A stretch of 64,000 nucleotides of DNA from Eubacteriales bacterium (GTDB taxonomy: Bacteria > Bacillota > Clostridia > Oscillospirales > CAG-382). Position 1 is the first letter of the stretch; the number at the start of each line of letters is the position of its first letter. A model generated the notes under the pieces. It saw only the letters and a program-made list of their open reading frames with translations. It made no database searches and was not told the DNA's origin. Made by a program: the position numbers and the translations under genes. The stretch is from the NCBI GenBank assembly GCA_045652245.1, contig JAZRTY010000013.1, forward strand, positions 1,533-65,532. Reading direction: 5' to 3'. Below are positions 1 to 10,006 of the stretch, piece by piece.

Positions 1-992
1 TTCTCGTTTCGGATAATATCATAACCTTTACCGATACAAACGGGAAGCTGATGGCGCTCAAGCCTGACGTTACCTTGTCGATTATCAAAAACGGAAAGGA
101 TAAGCCGGGAGCAATCGAAAAGGTTTACTATAATGAGAATGTTTACAGAGTATCAAAGGGAAGTAAGTCATATAAAGAAATAATGCAGGTAGGACTTGAA
201 TGTATAGGGGATATAGACGATTTCTGTATCTATGAGGTAATTTGCCTTGCAGCAGAAAGCCTTGCAAATATTTCCCCCGACTATGTACTTGATATTTCGC
301 ATATGGGACTTGTGTCGCAGCTTATTTCTGAAATTGGACTTTCGCGTACAGGCGAGAGTGAGCTTTTAAAATGTATTGCCGAAAAAAATACTCACGGTAT
401 TTTTGCTCTGTGTGATAAAGAGGGAATTGATAAAGAAAGAATAAGCCTTATCTGTTCTCTTGTAAATACAAGCGGAAAGCTGTGTGACACAATATGCGAG
501 TTTGAAGAAATTATTTCAAAGAACGAACAGCTCTCAGGTCTGGGTATGAGCTTCCTGAAAATCTTAAAGGTGCTTTCAAAATGTGAATTTGCACAGAATC
601 TTCGTATAGATTTTTCGGTAATCAACGATATGAACTATTACGGTGGTATTGTTTTCAAGGGCTTTGTAAGTGGGATTCCGACAGGCATCCTGTCAGGTGG
701 CGAATATAATAAGCTGATGCAGAAAATGGGAAGACGCAGTGGTGCTATCGGCTTTGCTGTATATCTTGATATGCTTGAAAGACTTTCGACTCAAAACAGC
801 GACTATGATGTTGATGCAGTGGTGCTTTATGACCAAGATACCGATATTGAGGCACTTAAAAACTGCATAAATATGCTTACAGCAAGTGGAAACAGAGTTC
901 TTGCACAAAAGGAAGTATCGGAAAATATAAAATATAAACAGCTTTTGAGAATTCGTGAAAGAGGGGTGGAAATACTTGAAAACAATGCTTAA
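1..992 (+). CDS. hisZ: ATP phosphoribosyltransferase regulatory subunit HisZ (5' end outside window)
   Basis: The frame is open from base 3 (LVSDNIITFTDTNGKL precedes the listed Met). HisRS-like paralog. Its stop overlaps the hisG start (ATGCTTAA). First gene of a his operon. Confidence 0.85.
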   Translation, partial: LVSDNIITFTDTNGKLMALKPDVTLSIIKNGKDKPGAIEKVYYNENVYRVSKGSKSYKEIMQVGLECIGDIDDFCIYEVICLAAESLANISPDYVLDISHMGLVSQLISEIGLSRTGESELLKCIAEKNTHGIFALCDKEGIDKERISLICSLVNTSGKLCDTICEFEEIISKNEQLSGLGMSFLKILKVLSKCEFAQNLRIDFSVINDMNYYGGIVFKGFVSGIPTGILSGGEYNKLMQKMGRRSGAIGFAVYLDMLERLSTQNSDYDVDAVVLYDQDTDIEALKNCINMLTASGNRVLAQKEVSENIKYKQLLRIRERGVEILENNA

Positions 993-1632
993 TATAGCGC
1001 TGCCAAAGGGTAGACTCGGTGAAAAAGTATATGATATGTTTGAAAAAGCAGGACTTGAATGTCCCGAGATTCACGAAAAAGGAAGAAAGCTGATATTTGA
1101 AAATGAGCAAAAGGGAGTAAGGTACTTCTGGGTAAAACCCTCTGATGTGGCAATCTATGTTGAAAGGGGAGCAGCAGATATCGGTGTTGCAGGTAAAGAC
1201 ATTCTCCTTGAATATGAGCCGGATATATATGAGCTGCTTGACCTTGATATCGGAAAATGCTCAATGGCAGTAGCTGCAAAGAATGATTTTCGTGATGATA
1301 CACAGAAAACACTCAGGGTTGCGACTAAATTTTCGAATATCACAAGAAATTACTACAACAGTCTTGGCAGGGATATAGATATTATCCACCTGAACGGCTC
1401 GATTGAAATAGCTCCTATTCTTGACTTGTCTGATGTTATTGTGGATATAGTTGAAACAGGAAGTACTCTTCGTGAAAACAATCTTCGTGTGGTTGAAAAA
1501 ATATTCCCTATCAGTGCAAGGCTTATTTCAAACAAAGCAAGCTTCAAATTCAAAAACGAAGAGATTAAATCGGCAGTAGAAAAAATTGCAGAATTACTAA
1601 AGACACAGAACGGGGAAGCAAAAAATGATTAA
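985..1632 (+). CDS. hisG: ATP phosphoribosyltransferase, short form HisG
   Basis: MLNIALPKGRL N-terminus typical of short HisG. I prefer the ATG at 985 over the ORF-track start at 955. A short-form HisG fits the presence of hisZ. Confidence 0.9.
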   Translation: MLNIALPKGRLGEKVYDMFEKAGLECPEIHEKGRKLIFENEQKGVRYFWVKPSDVAIYVERGAADIGVAGKDILLEYEPDIYELLDLDIGKCSMAVAAKNDFRDDTQKTLRVATKFSNITRNYYNSLGRDIDIIHLNGSIEIAPILDLSDVIVDIVETGSTLRENNLRVVEKIFPISARLISNKASFKFKNEEIKSAVEKIAELLKTQNGEAKND

Positions 1633-2899
1633 GATAATGAAATATTCGGATGTTGAAAAATCCGAAATTTTCGCAAGAACAGAGAGTAAAGTAAATGTAG
1701 AAGCTGTTGTTTCGGAAATTATAGAAAATGTAAAAAAGAACGGCGATAAGGCTCTTTTTGAGTATTGCGAAAAATTTGATAAAGCAAAGCTTGACTCTCT
1801 TCTTGTAAGTCCGGAGGAAATAGAAGAAGCAATAAGCGAGTGTGACAGCGAATTTATAAGAATCCTTGAAAGAGCTGCAGAAAACATCAGAAAATTCCAC
1901 GAAAAGCAAGTGCGTAACAGTTTTATAATAAACGACGAGGACGGAATAGTAGTAGGACAGAAAGTAATACCCGTTGACAGAGCAGGACTTTATGTTCCGG
2001 GTGGAACTGCAACCTATCCGTCGACAGTTCTCATGGACTCAATTCCTGCCAAAATCGCCGGCTGCCGTGAAGTTGTAATTGTAACTCCACCTAATGCACA
2101 GGGCAAGGTAAATCCTGTAATACTTGCCGCTGCAAGTGTTGCCGGTGTTGATAAAATCTTTAAAGTAGGTGGGGCACAAGCTATAGCTGCTCTTGCTTAC
2201 GGAACAGAAAGTATACCGAAGGTTGATAAAATCGTAGGTCCCGGTAATGCATTTGTTGCTGAAGCCAAAAAGCAGGTTTTCGGACTTGTTTCTATAGATA
2301 TGATAGCAGGACCGAGCGAAATTTTAATAGTTGCCGACGGAAAGTCAAATCCTGCACATTTAGCAGCAGACTTACTGTCACAAGCAGAGCACGATAAAAT
2401 GGCAAGTGCCGTGCTTGTAACTGACAGCCAAGAGCTTGCAAAGAGTGTAAGTGAAGAAATTGAAAAACAGCTTTCTGAGCTTTCAAGATGTGAGATTGCA
2501 AGAGCATCTATTGACGATAATGGTAAAATTATAGTTGCAGATAACCTTGAAAAAGTTATTGAAATTGCAAATGAAATAGCACCCGAGCATCTCGAACTTT
2601 GCGTTGACAATCCTTTTGATTATCTTGATAAAATCCGTCACGCAGGGTCAATCTTTATGGGAAGAAATTGCCCGGAAGCACTTGGCGATTACCTTGCAGG
2701 CCCGAATCATACACTTCCGACAAGTGGAACTGCGAAATTTTCAAGCCCACTTTCGGTTGATGATTTTGTTAAGAAAACACAGTATACCTATTATACAAAA
2801 GAAGCTCTTTCCCGTGTTGCAAGAGATGTTGAGTATTTTGCAAAGAAAGAGGGACTTACAGCACACGCAAAGAGTGCAGTTATCAGAATAGAAGACTAA
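1625..2899 (+). CDS. hisD: histidinol dehydrogenase
   Basis: 424 aa with conserved GPGN, SQAEHD and GDYxAGPNHxLPT motifs; operon context. Confidence 0.93.
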   Translation: MIKIMKYSDVEKSEIFARTESKVNVEAVVSEIIENVKKNGDKALFEYCEKFDKAKLDSLLVSPEEIEEAISECDSEFIRILERAAENIRKFHEKQVRNSFIINDEDGIVVGQKVIPVDRAGLYVPGGTATYPSTVLMDSIPAKIAGCREVVIVTPPNAQGKVNPVILAAASVAGVDKIFKVGGAQAIAALAYGTESIPKVDKIVGPGNAFVAEAKKQVFGLVSIDMIAGPSEILIVADGKSNPAHLAADLLSQAEHDKMASAVLVTDSQELAKSVSEEIEKQLSELSRCEIARASIDDNGKIIVADNLEKVIEIANEIAPEHLELCVDNPFDYLDKIRHAGSIFMGRNCPEALGDYLAGPNHTLPTSGTAKFSSPLSVDDFVKKTQYTYYTKEALSRVARDVEYFAKKEGLTAHAKSAVIRIED

Positions 2900-2925
2900 A
2901 AGAGAGAAAGGAAAAATCCTTTAAA

Positions 2926-3984
2926 ATGAGTAGATTCTTAAGCAGTAAATATAAAGAGCTTGTACCGTATACTCCCGGTGAACAGCCGAAAGAGAGAAAA
3001 TATATAAAGCTCAATACAAATGAGTCGCCCTTTCCACCGTCGGAAAAAGCAATAAAGGCAGCACAAGAGGCGACAAATAATCTTCAGCTTTATTCTGATC
3101 CCGAATGTCGTAAGCTTTCCGAGAAACTTGCACAGACACTTGGAGTAAATGTAGAGAATGTAATACTTACAAACGGTTCTGACGAGGTATTGAACTTTGC
3201 TTTTATGGCTTTTTGCGATAAAAATACTCCTGCAATTTTCCCGGATATAACCTATGGCTTTTATTCGGTGTTTGCGACTCTTAACGGAGTTCCGTATGAA
3301 GAAATCCCACTTTGTGAGGATTTTACAATAAACACGCAGGATTATATTGGTAAAAATAAAACAGTATTTATTGCAAACCCCAACGCACCGACAGGAATTA
3401 CTCTTGGTGTTTCGGAGATTGAGAAAATTATAAAGTCAAACCCCGAAACAATCGTGGTAATTGATGAAGCCTATGTTGATTTTGGTGCACAAAGCTGTAT
3501 TCCACTTGTGGAAAAATATGATAATCTGCTCGTAACAGGTACTTTTTCAAAATCCCGTAGTATGGCAGGCGCAAGACTCGGCTTTGGTATCGCTTCAAAG
3601 GAAATAATAAAGGACCTGCATACAATCAGGTATTCCACAAATCCGTATAATGTCAACAGTATGACAATGGCAGCAGGCATAGGAGCTCTTGAGGATAAAG
3701 AATATTTTGAAAATAACTGCAGGGAAATTATAAAAAACAGGGAAATATATTCGGGAAAACTCAAAGAGCTTGGGTTTACAATGACAGATTCTTGTGCTAA
3801 CTTTATCTTTGCAAAGCACGAAAGTATAAGTGGCGAGGAAATATATACAGCACTTCGTGAAAAGGGAGTACTTGTACGCCACTTTACCGGTAAAAGAATT
3901 TGCGATTATAACAGAATCACAGTCGGAAACAAAGAACAAATGGATGCTCTTTGCGAAAAGCTTTCGGAAATAATAAATAAGTGA
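2926..3984 (+). CDS. hisC: histidinol-phosphate aminotransferase
   Basis: 352 aa class-II aminotransferase (LNTNESP, TFSKSRSMAGARLG PLP-lysine region) in the his operon. Confidence 0.9.
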   Translation: MSRFLSSKYKELVPYTPGEQPKERKYIKLNTNESPFPPSEKAIKAAQEATNNLQLYSDPECRKLSEKLAQTLGVNVENVILTNGSDEVLNFAFMAFCDKNTPAIFPDITYGFYSVFATLNGVPYEEIPLCEDFTINTQDYIGKNKTVFIANPNAPTGITLGVSEIEKIIKSNPETIVVIDEAYVDFGAQSCIPLVEKYDNLLVTGTFSKSRSMAGARLGFGIASKEIIKDLHTIRYSTNPYNVNSMTMAAGIGALEDKEYFENNCREIIKNREIYSGKLKELGFTMTDSCANFIFAKHESISGEEIYTALREKGVLVRHFTGKRICDYNRITVGNKEQMDALCEKLSEIINK

Positions 3985-3994
3985 GGTAGAGAAA

Positions 3995-4582
3995 ATGAGA
4001 AGTGCACAAATTACCAGAAAAACAGCAGAAACAGATATAAAGCTGACTCTTAATATAGACGGTACAGGTAAAAGCAATATTCAGAGTGGTTGTGGTTTTC
4101 TTGACCATATGCTCACCCTTTTTGCACGTCACGGAAGATTTGATATAGAGCTTTCCTGCACAGGGGATACATATGTAGACTATCATCATACTGTCGAGGA
4201 TATCGGAATTTGTCTTGGAAGAGCATTTTTTGAAGCACTCGGTGACAGACGAGGTATTGTCCGTTACGGAAGTATGCTTCTTCCGATGGACGAGGCACTT
4301 ATTATGACTGCAGTTGATATTTCCGGAAGATGCTATCTTGATTACGGACTGCACAATCTTGCAGACAAGGTCGGTGATTTTGATACAGAGCTTTGCGAGG
4401 AATTCTTTTTAGGTTTTGTCAGAAATGCGCTCATTACCCTGCATATTCAGCAGGAAGCAGGTACAAATACACACCACATAATTGAAGGTACCTTCAAGTC
4501 TGTGGCAAGAGCTATGCGTCAAGCTACAAGTATTGAAGCAGGCTTTGAGGATGAAATTCCCTCAACGAAGGGAGTTCTGTAA
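3995..4582 (+). CDS. hisB: imidazoleglycerol-phosphate dehydratase
   Basis: 195 aa with RKTAETDI, GFLDHML and DxHHxxE motifs. Confidence 0.93.
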   Translation: MRSAQITRKTAETDIKLTLNIDGTGKSNIQSGCGFLDHMLTLFARHGRFDIELSCTGDTYVDYHHTVEDIGICLGRAFFEALGDRRGIVRYGSMLLPMDEALIMTAVDISGRCYLDYGLHNLADKVGDFDTELCEEFFLGFVRNALITLHIQQEAGTNTHHIIEGTFKSVARAMRQATSIEAGFEDEIPSTKGVL

Positions 4583-4587
4583 AAGTA

Positions 4588-5199
4588 ATGATAGCAATTG
4601 TAGATTACGGTGTAGGAAATCTTTTCTCTCTTGAAAGCTCGTTTGCTAAAATCGGAGAAAAGGTAATAGTAACGAAGGATGCAAGTGTAATAAAAAAGGC
4701 TGAAAAGATTATTCTTCCGGGTGTCGGTGCTTTTGGGGATGCTATAAAGAAGTTGAAAGACAGAGGACTTGCGTCTGTTGTGATTGAGGAAGCAAAAAAC
4801 GGAAAGCCTTTGCTTGGCATCTGTCTTGGAATGCAGATGCTTTTTGAGAAAAGCTATGAGTACGGAGAGTATGAAGGACTTGGACTTATCGCCGGTAGTG
4901 TTGTAGGTATGAAAGGGGAAATCCCCGAGAGCCTTAAAATCCCACATATCGGCTGGAATGCTCTTTCCTTTACAAATAAAAAGAGCGAGCTTTTTAAATA
5001 TATCAAAAACGGTGATTTTGTATATTTTGTTCATTCGTATTATGCTACGAATTGTGATGAAAATGTAATTGCCTATACTGAATATGGTAAAAATCTTTGC
5101 GCAGCAGTGCAAAAGGACAACATTTACGGTTGTCAGTTCCACCCCGAAAAGAGTGGTGATGTGGGACTTGCAATTCTTCGTGCCTTTTGTGAAATATAA
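4588..5199 (+). CDS. hisH: imidazole glycerol phosphate synthase, glutaminase subunit
   Basis: 203 aa class-I amidotransferase: GICLGMQ nucleophile elbow and QFHPEKS. Confidence 0.93.
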   Translation: MIAIVDYGVGNLFSLESSFAKIGEKVIVTKDASVIKKAEKIILPGVGAFGDAIKKLKDRGLASVVIEEAKNGKPLLGICLGMQMLFEKSYEYGEYEGLGLIAGSVVGMKGEIPESLKIPHIGWNALSFTNKKSELFKYIKNGDFVYFVHSYYATNCDENVIAYTEYGKNLCAAVQKDNIYGCQFHPEKSGDVGLAILRAFCEI

Positions 5200-5214
5200 A
5201 ATAAGGAGAAAGAA

Positions 5215-5928
5215 ATGCTAATATATCCTGCAATAGACCTGTATGGCGGCAAAGCCGTAAGGCTTTATAAGGGCGACTATAATCAGATGACAGTCTATAA
5301 CGAAAACCCTTGTGAGGTAGCACGCGATTTTGAAAAAGAGGGTGCGTCTTGCATACATATAGTTGACCTTGAGGGAGCAAAAACCGGAGATGCCCCAAAC
5401 ATAGAAGTCATAAAAAAAATAGTAAGTGAAACCTCACTCTTCGCAGAGGTAGGTGGTGGAATACGCAGTATGGAGATAATTGAAAAGTATTTAGATGCCG
5501 GTGTCGGCAGAGTAATTCTCGGTACTGCTGCAGTAAATGACGAAAAATTCTTAATTGAAAGTGCAAAGAAATACGGTGAAAAAATCGCTGTCGGAGTTGA
5601 CATAAAGGACGGCTTTGTGGCAATAAAGGGTTGGACGGAAAAATCCGAGTATACCTGTTTCGACTTCTGCGAAAAGGTGCAAAATATCGGAATATCCACA
5701 ATCATCTGTACCGATATCTCTAAAGACGGTGCGATGATGGGAACAAACCATGAGCTTTATCGTGAGCTTTCCGAAAAGCTCGGTATAAATATAATTGCAT
5801 CCGGTGGAGTTTCGAGCCTTGAGGATATAAAAAAGCTCAGAAAACTTGATATTCACGGAGCAATTATAGGAAAAGCCTACTATACGGGTGCCGTTAAAAT
5901 TTCAGAAGCTGTGGAGGCAGGAAAATGA
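5215..5928 (+). CDS. hisA: ProFAR isomerase HisA
   Basis: 237 aa (beta/alpha)8 HisA/HisF fold: IYPAIDL, VGGGIRS, ASGGVSS. Confidence 0.92.
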   Translation: MLIYPAIDLYGGKAVRLYKGDYNQMTVYNENPCEVARDFEKEGASCIHIVDLEGAKTGDAPNIEVIKKIVSETSLFAEVGGGIRSMEIIEKYLDAGVGRVILGTAAVNDEKFLIESAKKYGEKIAVGVDIKDGFVAIKGWTEKSEYTCFDFCEKVQNIGISTIICTDISKDGAMMGTNHELYRELSEKLGINIIASGGVSSLEDIKKLRKLDIHGAIIGKAYYTGAVKISEAVEAGK

Positions 5929-6683
5929 TAACAAAAAGAATAATACCCTGCCTTGACGTAAAGGACGGAAGAGTAGTAAAGGGTGTAAATTTCACGGGAC
6001 TTTCTGATGTGAATTCTCCTGTTGAACTTGCAAAATATTATAGTGACTGTGGTGCAGATGAGCTTGTTTTTTACGACATAACAGCCTCAAGTGACGGCAG
6101 AGCGATTTTTACCGATATTCTCTGTGAAGCAGCACGTTCTGTATTTATCCCACTTACAGTTGGTGGAGGAATAAATACCCTTTCGGATTTTGACAGAGTC
6201 TTGAAATGTGGTGCAGATAAGGTAAGTGTAAATTCAGGTGCGATAAAAAATCCGGATCTCATTTACGAAGCAGCTAAACGCTACGGAGACCAGTGTGTCG
6301 TAATATCGGCAGATGTAAAACGAGTTGACGGAGTGTTCCGTGTGTTTGCTAAGGGTGGCAGAGAAAATACGGGTATGGAAGCTATTGAATGGATAAAGAA
6401 ATGTGTCGGAAACGGAGCAGGCGAGGTAGTTCTCAACTCTATTGATACAGACGGAGTAAAGGGTGGCTTTGATATAGAAATGCTCAGAGCCGTATGTGAT
6501 GCAGTTGATGTACCTGTTATAGCTTCCGGTGGTGCCGGAAAAATGCAGGACTTTACAGACTTGTTTAAGAGTCTTCCGAAGGTTGATGCCGGACTTGCAG
6601 CATCGGTTTTCCATTTCGGTGAAATTAAGATTTCTGATCTTAAAAAAGAACTGTCGGATAACGGAATAATAGTAAGAATATAA
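5925..6683 (+). CDS. hisF: imidazole glycerol phosphate synthase, cyclase subunit
   Basis: 252 aa: [19 protein letters not shown]. Overlaps the hisA stop by 4 nt. Confidence 0.93.
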   Translation: MITKRIIPCLDVKDGRVVKGVNFTGLSDVNSPVELAKYYSDCGADELVFYDITASSDGRAIFTDILCEAARSVFIPLTVGGGINTLSDFDRVLKCGADKVSVNSGAIKNPDLIYEAAKRYGDQCVVISADVKRVDGVFRVFAKGGRENTGMEAIEWIKKCVGNGAGEVVLNSIDTDGVKGGFDIEMLRAVCDAVDVPVIASGGAGKMQDFTDLFKSLPKVDAGLAASVFHFGEIKISDLKKELSDNGIIVRI

Positions 6684-6694
6684 GGAGAAAAACA

Positions 6695-7345
6695 ATGCTT
6701 AATATTGACGAACTTAAATTTGACGAAAAGGGGCTTATCCCTGCAATAGTTGTGGACGCAATTTCAAAAAAGGTACTCACCCTTGCATATATGAACAGAG
6801 AAAGCCTTGAAATTTCTCTTGAAAAGGGACTGACTTGCTTCTGGAGCAGATCAAGACAGAAACTCTGGCTTAAGGGTGAAACAAGTGGACATTTTCAGCA
6901 TATCGTTTCGATTACAGCCGATTGTGACAACGACGCCCTTGTTGTTATGGTAGAAAAAGAGGGCGCTGCCTGCCACACAGGAACTGACTCCTGCTTTACA
7001 AAGCCTGTTTTCGAGAGCGAGGAACTGCACGAATTTTCACTTGACGGACTTTATGAGCTTCTAAAGGGCAGAAAGGCTGAAAAGAAGGAAGGCTCATATA
7101 CAACCTATCTTTTTGAAAAGGGAATTGATAAAATTCTCAAAAAGGTAGGCGAGGAATGTACCGAAGTAATAATTGCAGGAAAAGCAGACGACAAAAAGGA
7201 AACTATATATGAAATAGCAGACCTTGCATATCACGTAATGGTGCTGATGGTGGAAATGGGAATAACAAACGAGGATATTCACAGAGAACTTGCGTCACGT
7301 CACGTAATTGACCACAAGGTAAAGCAGGAGAAAATGACAAAATGA
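6695..7345 (+). CDS. hisI: bifunctional phosphoribosyl-AMP cyclohydrolase / phosphoribosyl-ATP pyrophosphatase
   Basis: 216 aa. N-terminal HisI ([16 protein letters not shown], CDxD) fused to a C-terminal HisE (SYTxYLF, EExxE). Confidence 0.92.
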   Translation: MLNIDELKFDEKGLIPAIVVDAISKKVLTLAYMNRESLEISLEKGLTCFWSRSRQKLWLKGETSGHFQHIVSITADCDNDALVVMVEKEGAACHTGTDSCFTKPVFESEELHEFSLDGLYELLKGRKAEKKEGSYTTYLFEKGIDKILKKVGEECTEVIIAGKADDKKETIYEIADLAYHVMVLMVEMGITNEDIHRELASRHVIDHKVKQEKMTK

Positions 7346-8118
7346 TGACAAAAAGGGACCTGCATATACATACCTGCTATTGCGACGGGAGTGCCGAGCC
7401 GGAAGAGTATGTAAAGGTATCGATAGAAAAGGGATTATCCGAAATTGGCTTTTCTGTTCATTCCTATGTGTCGTTTGATGATTGCTGCATAGACAAGGAA
7501 AGAATAGACGACTATATATCCGAAATATCATCCCTTAAGAAGCAGTATAAGGATAAGATAAAAATCCTTTGTGGTGTAGAACAGGACTATTTTTCCGAAA
7601 TGACAACAGAGCCATATGATTATGTAATCGGTTCGGTACATTATCTGAAAGTAAAAGGAAATGAATATATCCCGATAGACCTGAGTGTGGATGCACTAAA
7701 GGTCTGTTGCAAGGACTATTTCGACGGCGATTTTTATGCTATGTGCCGTGAATATTACCGTCTTGAGAGCGATGTCGTAAATCGTACAAAAGCCGATATT
7801 ATCGGACATATCGACCTGATAACCAAATTCTGTGACATAGAGGAACTATTTTCGGCAAAGGACGAAAGGTATATAAATGCATATACACAGGCGATAAAAA
7901 AGCTGTGCCTGTACGAAAAGCCCTTTGAAATAAATACGGGTGCGATTTCACGTGGATATAAAAAAGCTCCGTATCCGGACGAGGATATATTGAAGCTTAT
8001 AATTGAGCTCGGTGGGAAATTTATTATGTCAAGCGACAGCCATACTCCTGAAAATATAGCCTATGAATTTGAAAGATATGAAGAATGGGCGACAAAGCAC
8101 GGTGCGATAATACTATAA
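7342..8118 (+). CDS. hisJ: histidinol-phosphatase, PHP family
   Basis: 258 aa. N-terminal DLHIHTxxCDG and C-terminal SSDSH PHP metal-binding motifs. Overlaps the hisIE stop and completes the pathway. Confidence 0.85.
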   Translation: MMTKRDLHIHTCYCDGSAEPEEYVKVSIEKGLSEIGFSVHSYVSFDDCCIDKERIDDYISEISSLKKQYKDKIKILCGVEQDYFSEMTTEPYDYVIGSVHYLKVKGNEYIPIDLSVDALKVCCKDYFDGDFYAMCREYYRLESDVVNRTKADIIGHIDLITKFCDIEELFSAKDERYINAYTQAIKKLCLYEKPFEINTGAISRGYKKAPYPDEDILKLIIELGGKFIMSSDSHTPENIAYEFERYEEWATKHGAIIL

Positions 8119-8138
8119 CAAAAAAAGATACTGCAAAG

Positions 8139-8975
8139 CTAATTTGCAGTATCTTTGTTTTTTTCTGTGCTTTCGTCATCATCAAAAACAAGTTTTTTCT
8201 GTAGCTGAGGGATAAAACTCGAAGCGATAGTACCGTGCTCTCTTCTGACAATATAAAAGTAACCGATAATTGAAAATACAAACGCACCGATACAGTTTAC
8301 AATCAAATCCTTCATTGTATCATATGTTCCGATATCAAGGTAACCATCGGGAATTGTAAGAACTTCGCCGCCGGAGTAATGGATAACAGTTTCTGTAATC
8401 CCCTGAATTTTGACCGGGTCGTTAAGCCCGTCGGGATTAAGAGAGATAGACGCAAATTCAGAAATAAGCCTGTCCTTTTGCATATCAATAACTGTATAGG
8501 TATCCATCCCGAATTCAAAGAATTCCCAGAAAATTCCTACAGTCATCGAAAAGCAAAAGGCAACAAAGGCAACGAATACCGGTGACAGATTAATATGAAA
8601 ACGTGGGGAGTTGTTAAGAATGTCAATCATAGAAAAGCCGATTGCTGCCATAAGGAATCCGTTAACCGTGTGGAGCATTGTATCCCACCAGGGGATTTTG
8701 GTGTAGAAGTTGCCGATTTCTCCAAGTATTTCAGCCGAAAAAATAAAAAGTAAAATTATCGTCATAAGAGTTTTCGGAAGGTGCAGCTTCAGGCGTTCTC
8801 CGATAAAGAAGGGAATATTGAAAAGCAGAAGTGTTAAAAAGCAAAGGAATACAGAATAGTAATCCTGTCTTATAAATCTTGCAATACCGATGAGCACTAC
8901 AATTACCGATAAAAAATAGTGCAGGGGAGCTTTTGTTTTCAAGGTCCTTGGAAGTTTGTGGCTTTTAAAATGCAT
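8139..8975 (-). CDS. polytopic membrane protein of unknown function (possibly DUF2238/YjdF-like)
   Basis: 278 aa with about 6 hydrophobic helices. The family guess rests only on WWDTMLHTVNG and FWEFFEFG resembling YjdF-type motifs. Confidence 0.5.
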   Translation of the reverse strand: MHFKSHKLPRTLKTKAPLHYFLSVIVVLIGIARFIRQDYYSVFLCFLTLLLFNIPFFIGERLKLHLPKTLMTIILLFIFSAEILGEIGNFYTKIPWWDTMLHTVNGFLMAAIGFSMIDILNNSPRFHINLSPVFVAFVAFCFSMTVGIFWEFFEFGMDTYTVIDMQKDRLISEFASISLNPDGLNDPVKIQGITETVIHYSGGEVLTIPDGYLDIGTYDTMKDLIVNCIGAFVFSIIGYFYIVRREHGTIASSFIPQLQKKLVFDDDESTEKNKDTAN

Positions 8976-9111
8976 TTTCTCACCTCACGATTAGTATATG
9001 TAATATATAAAAAGAATAAACAAAACATGGTACTCAAAGCACACAACTCCGAGTACCAAAATAATGAATTTTAAGACAAAGCTTTGCGACGGAGCATTTG
9101 TGGAAATGAAT

Positions 9112-9756
9112 TTAATAATTTGCACTGTGAATTTCAAAATAGCTTTGGGGATGAGCACAAACAGGGCAACTCTCGGGCGCTTTTTCTCCGACAACTATGT
9201 GGCCGCAATTGCGACATTCCCAAATCTTAACTTCGCTTTTTTCAAAAACCTTAGCTGCTTGAACATTTTTAATGAGAGCTCTGTATCTCTCCTCGTGATG
9301 TCGTTCAATGTCGGCAACCATACGGAACTTCTGAGCAAGATCGTGGAAGCCTTCTTCGTCTGCAGTTTTTGCAAAGCCTATATACATATCAGTCCATTCG
9401 TAGTTTTCCCCCTCAGCTCCTGAATTTAAGTTGTCAAGAGTAGTTCCAAGGGCTGATAGCTCCTTAAACCAAAGCTCGGCGTGTTCTTTTTCGTTGTCAG
9501 CTGTTTTTTGGAAAATTTCGGCTATCTGCTCAAAACCTTCTTTTCTTGCTTTGGAAGCAAAATAGGTGTACTTGTTCCGAGCCTCCGATTCACCCGAAAA
9601 AGCAGCCCGAAGGTTCTTTTCGGTCTGGGTTCCTGCATACGGATTGCCGGTCGGAACAACATTGTCACCTGAAGCCTTACAGACAGGACATACAGGAGTT
9701 TCCCCCTCGGATACATCAAAAAATGCGTTGCATAATTTGCATTTGTATTTTTGCAT
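9112..9756 (-). CDS. rbr: rubrerythrin with rubredoxin-like CxxC pairs at both termini
   Basis: N-terminal CKLC...CPVC, a central ferritin-like di-iron domain (ExxH pairs) and C-terminal CRNC...CPVC. Confidence 0.85.
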   Translation of the reverse strand: MQKYKCKLCNAFFDVSEGETPVCPVCKASGDNVVPTGNPYAGTQTEKNLRAAFSGESEARNKYTYFASKARKEGFEQIAEIFQKTADNEKEHAELWFKELSALGTTLDNLNSGAEGENYEWTDMYIGFAKTADEEGFHDLAQKFRMVADIERHHEERYRALIKNVQAAKVFEKSEVKIWECRNCGHIVVGEKAPESCPVCAHPQSYFEIHSANY

Positions 9757-9942
9757 AAAAATCCCCTAACGTTTAAAGTATTTGTATGTCTATATTCATT
9801 TTTACATAAATATCAGGAATTTTAAAGTACATTTCATGACATATTTGTAAAATAACAAATACAGATAAATACATATTTTTATAATAAGCAAAATTCTGAT
9901 AAATATGTAATCAATTTGGGCGAAATTTGTTGAAAAACAATA

Positions 9943-9975
9943 TTGACAAATTTATGCGGAAAAGTTATAATTATA
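9943..9975 (+). promoter_or_regulatory. sigma-A type promoter of feoAB with a palindrome overlapping the -10
   Basis: TTGACA (9943-9948), 17-nt spacer, TATAAT (9966-9971). The perfect 10-nt palindrome TATAATTATA (9966-9975) could be a Fur/PerR-family half-operator. Confidence 0.55.
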
Positions 9976-10006
9976 GTTGGAAATACAGTATTTATATGGA
10001 GGAAAT

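Noticed and set aside
4519-5142. 207-aa minus-strand ORF, and similar long antisense ORFs (12348-12953, 16252-16824, 38878-39402, 39155-39715, 60415-60876)
   Set aside because: All lie antisense to genes with clear family motifs (hisH, birA, permease, DHHW, rbsK) and show no motifs or RBS of their own.
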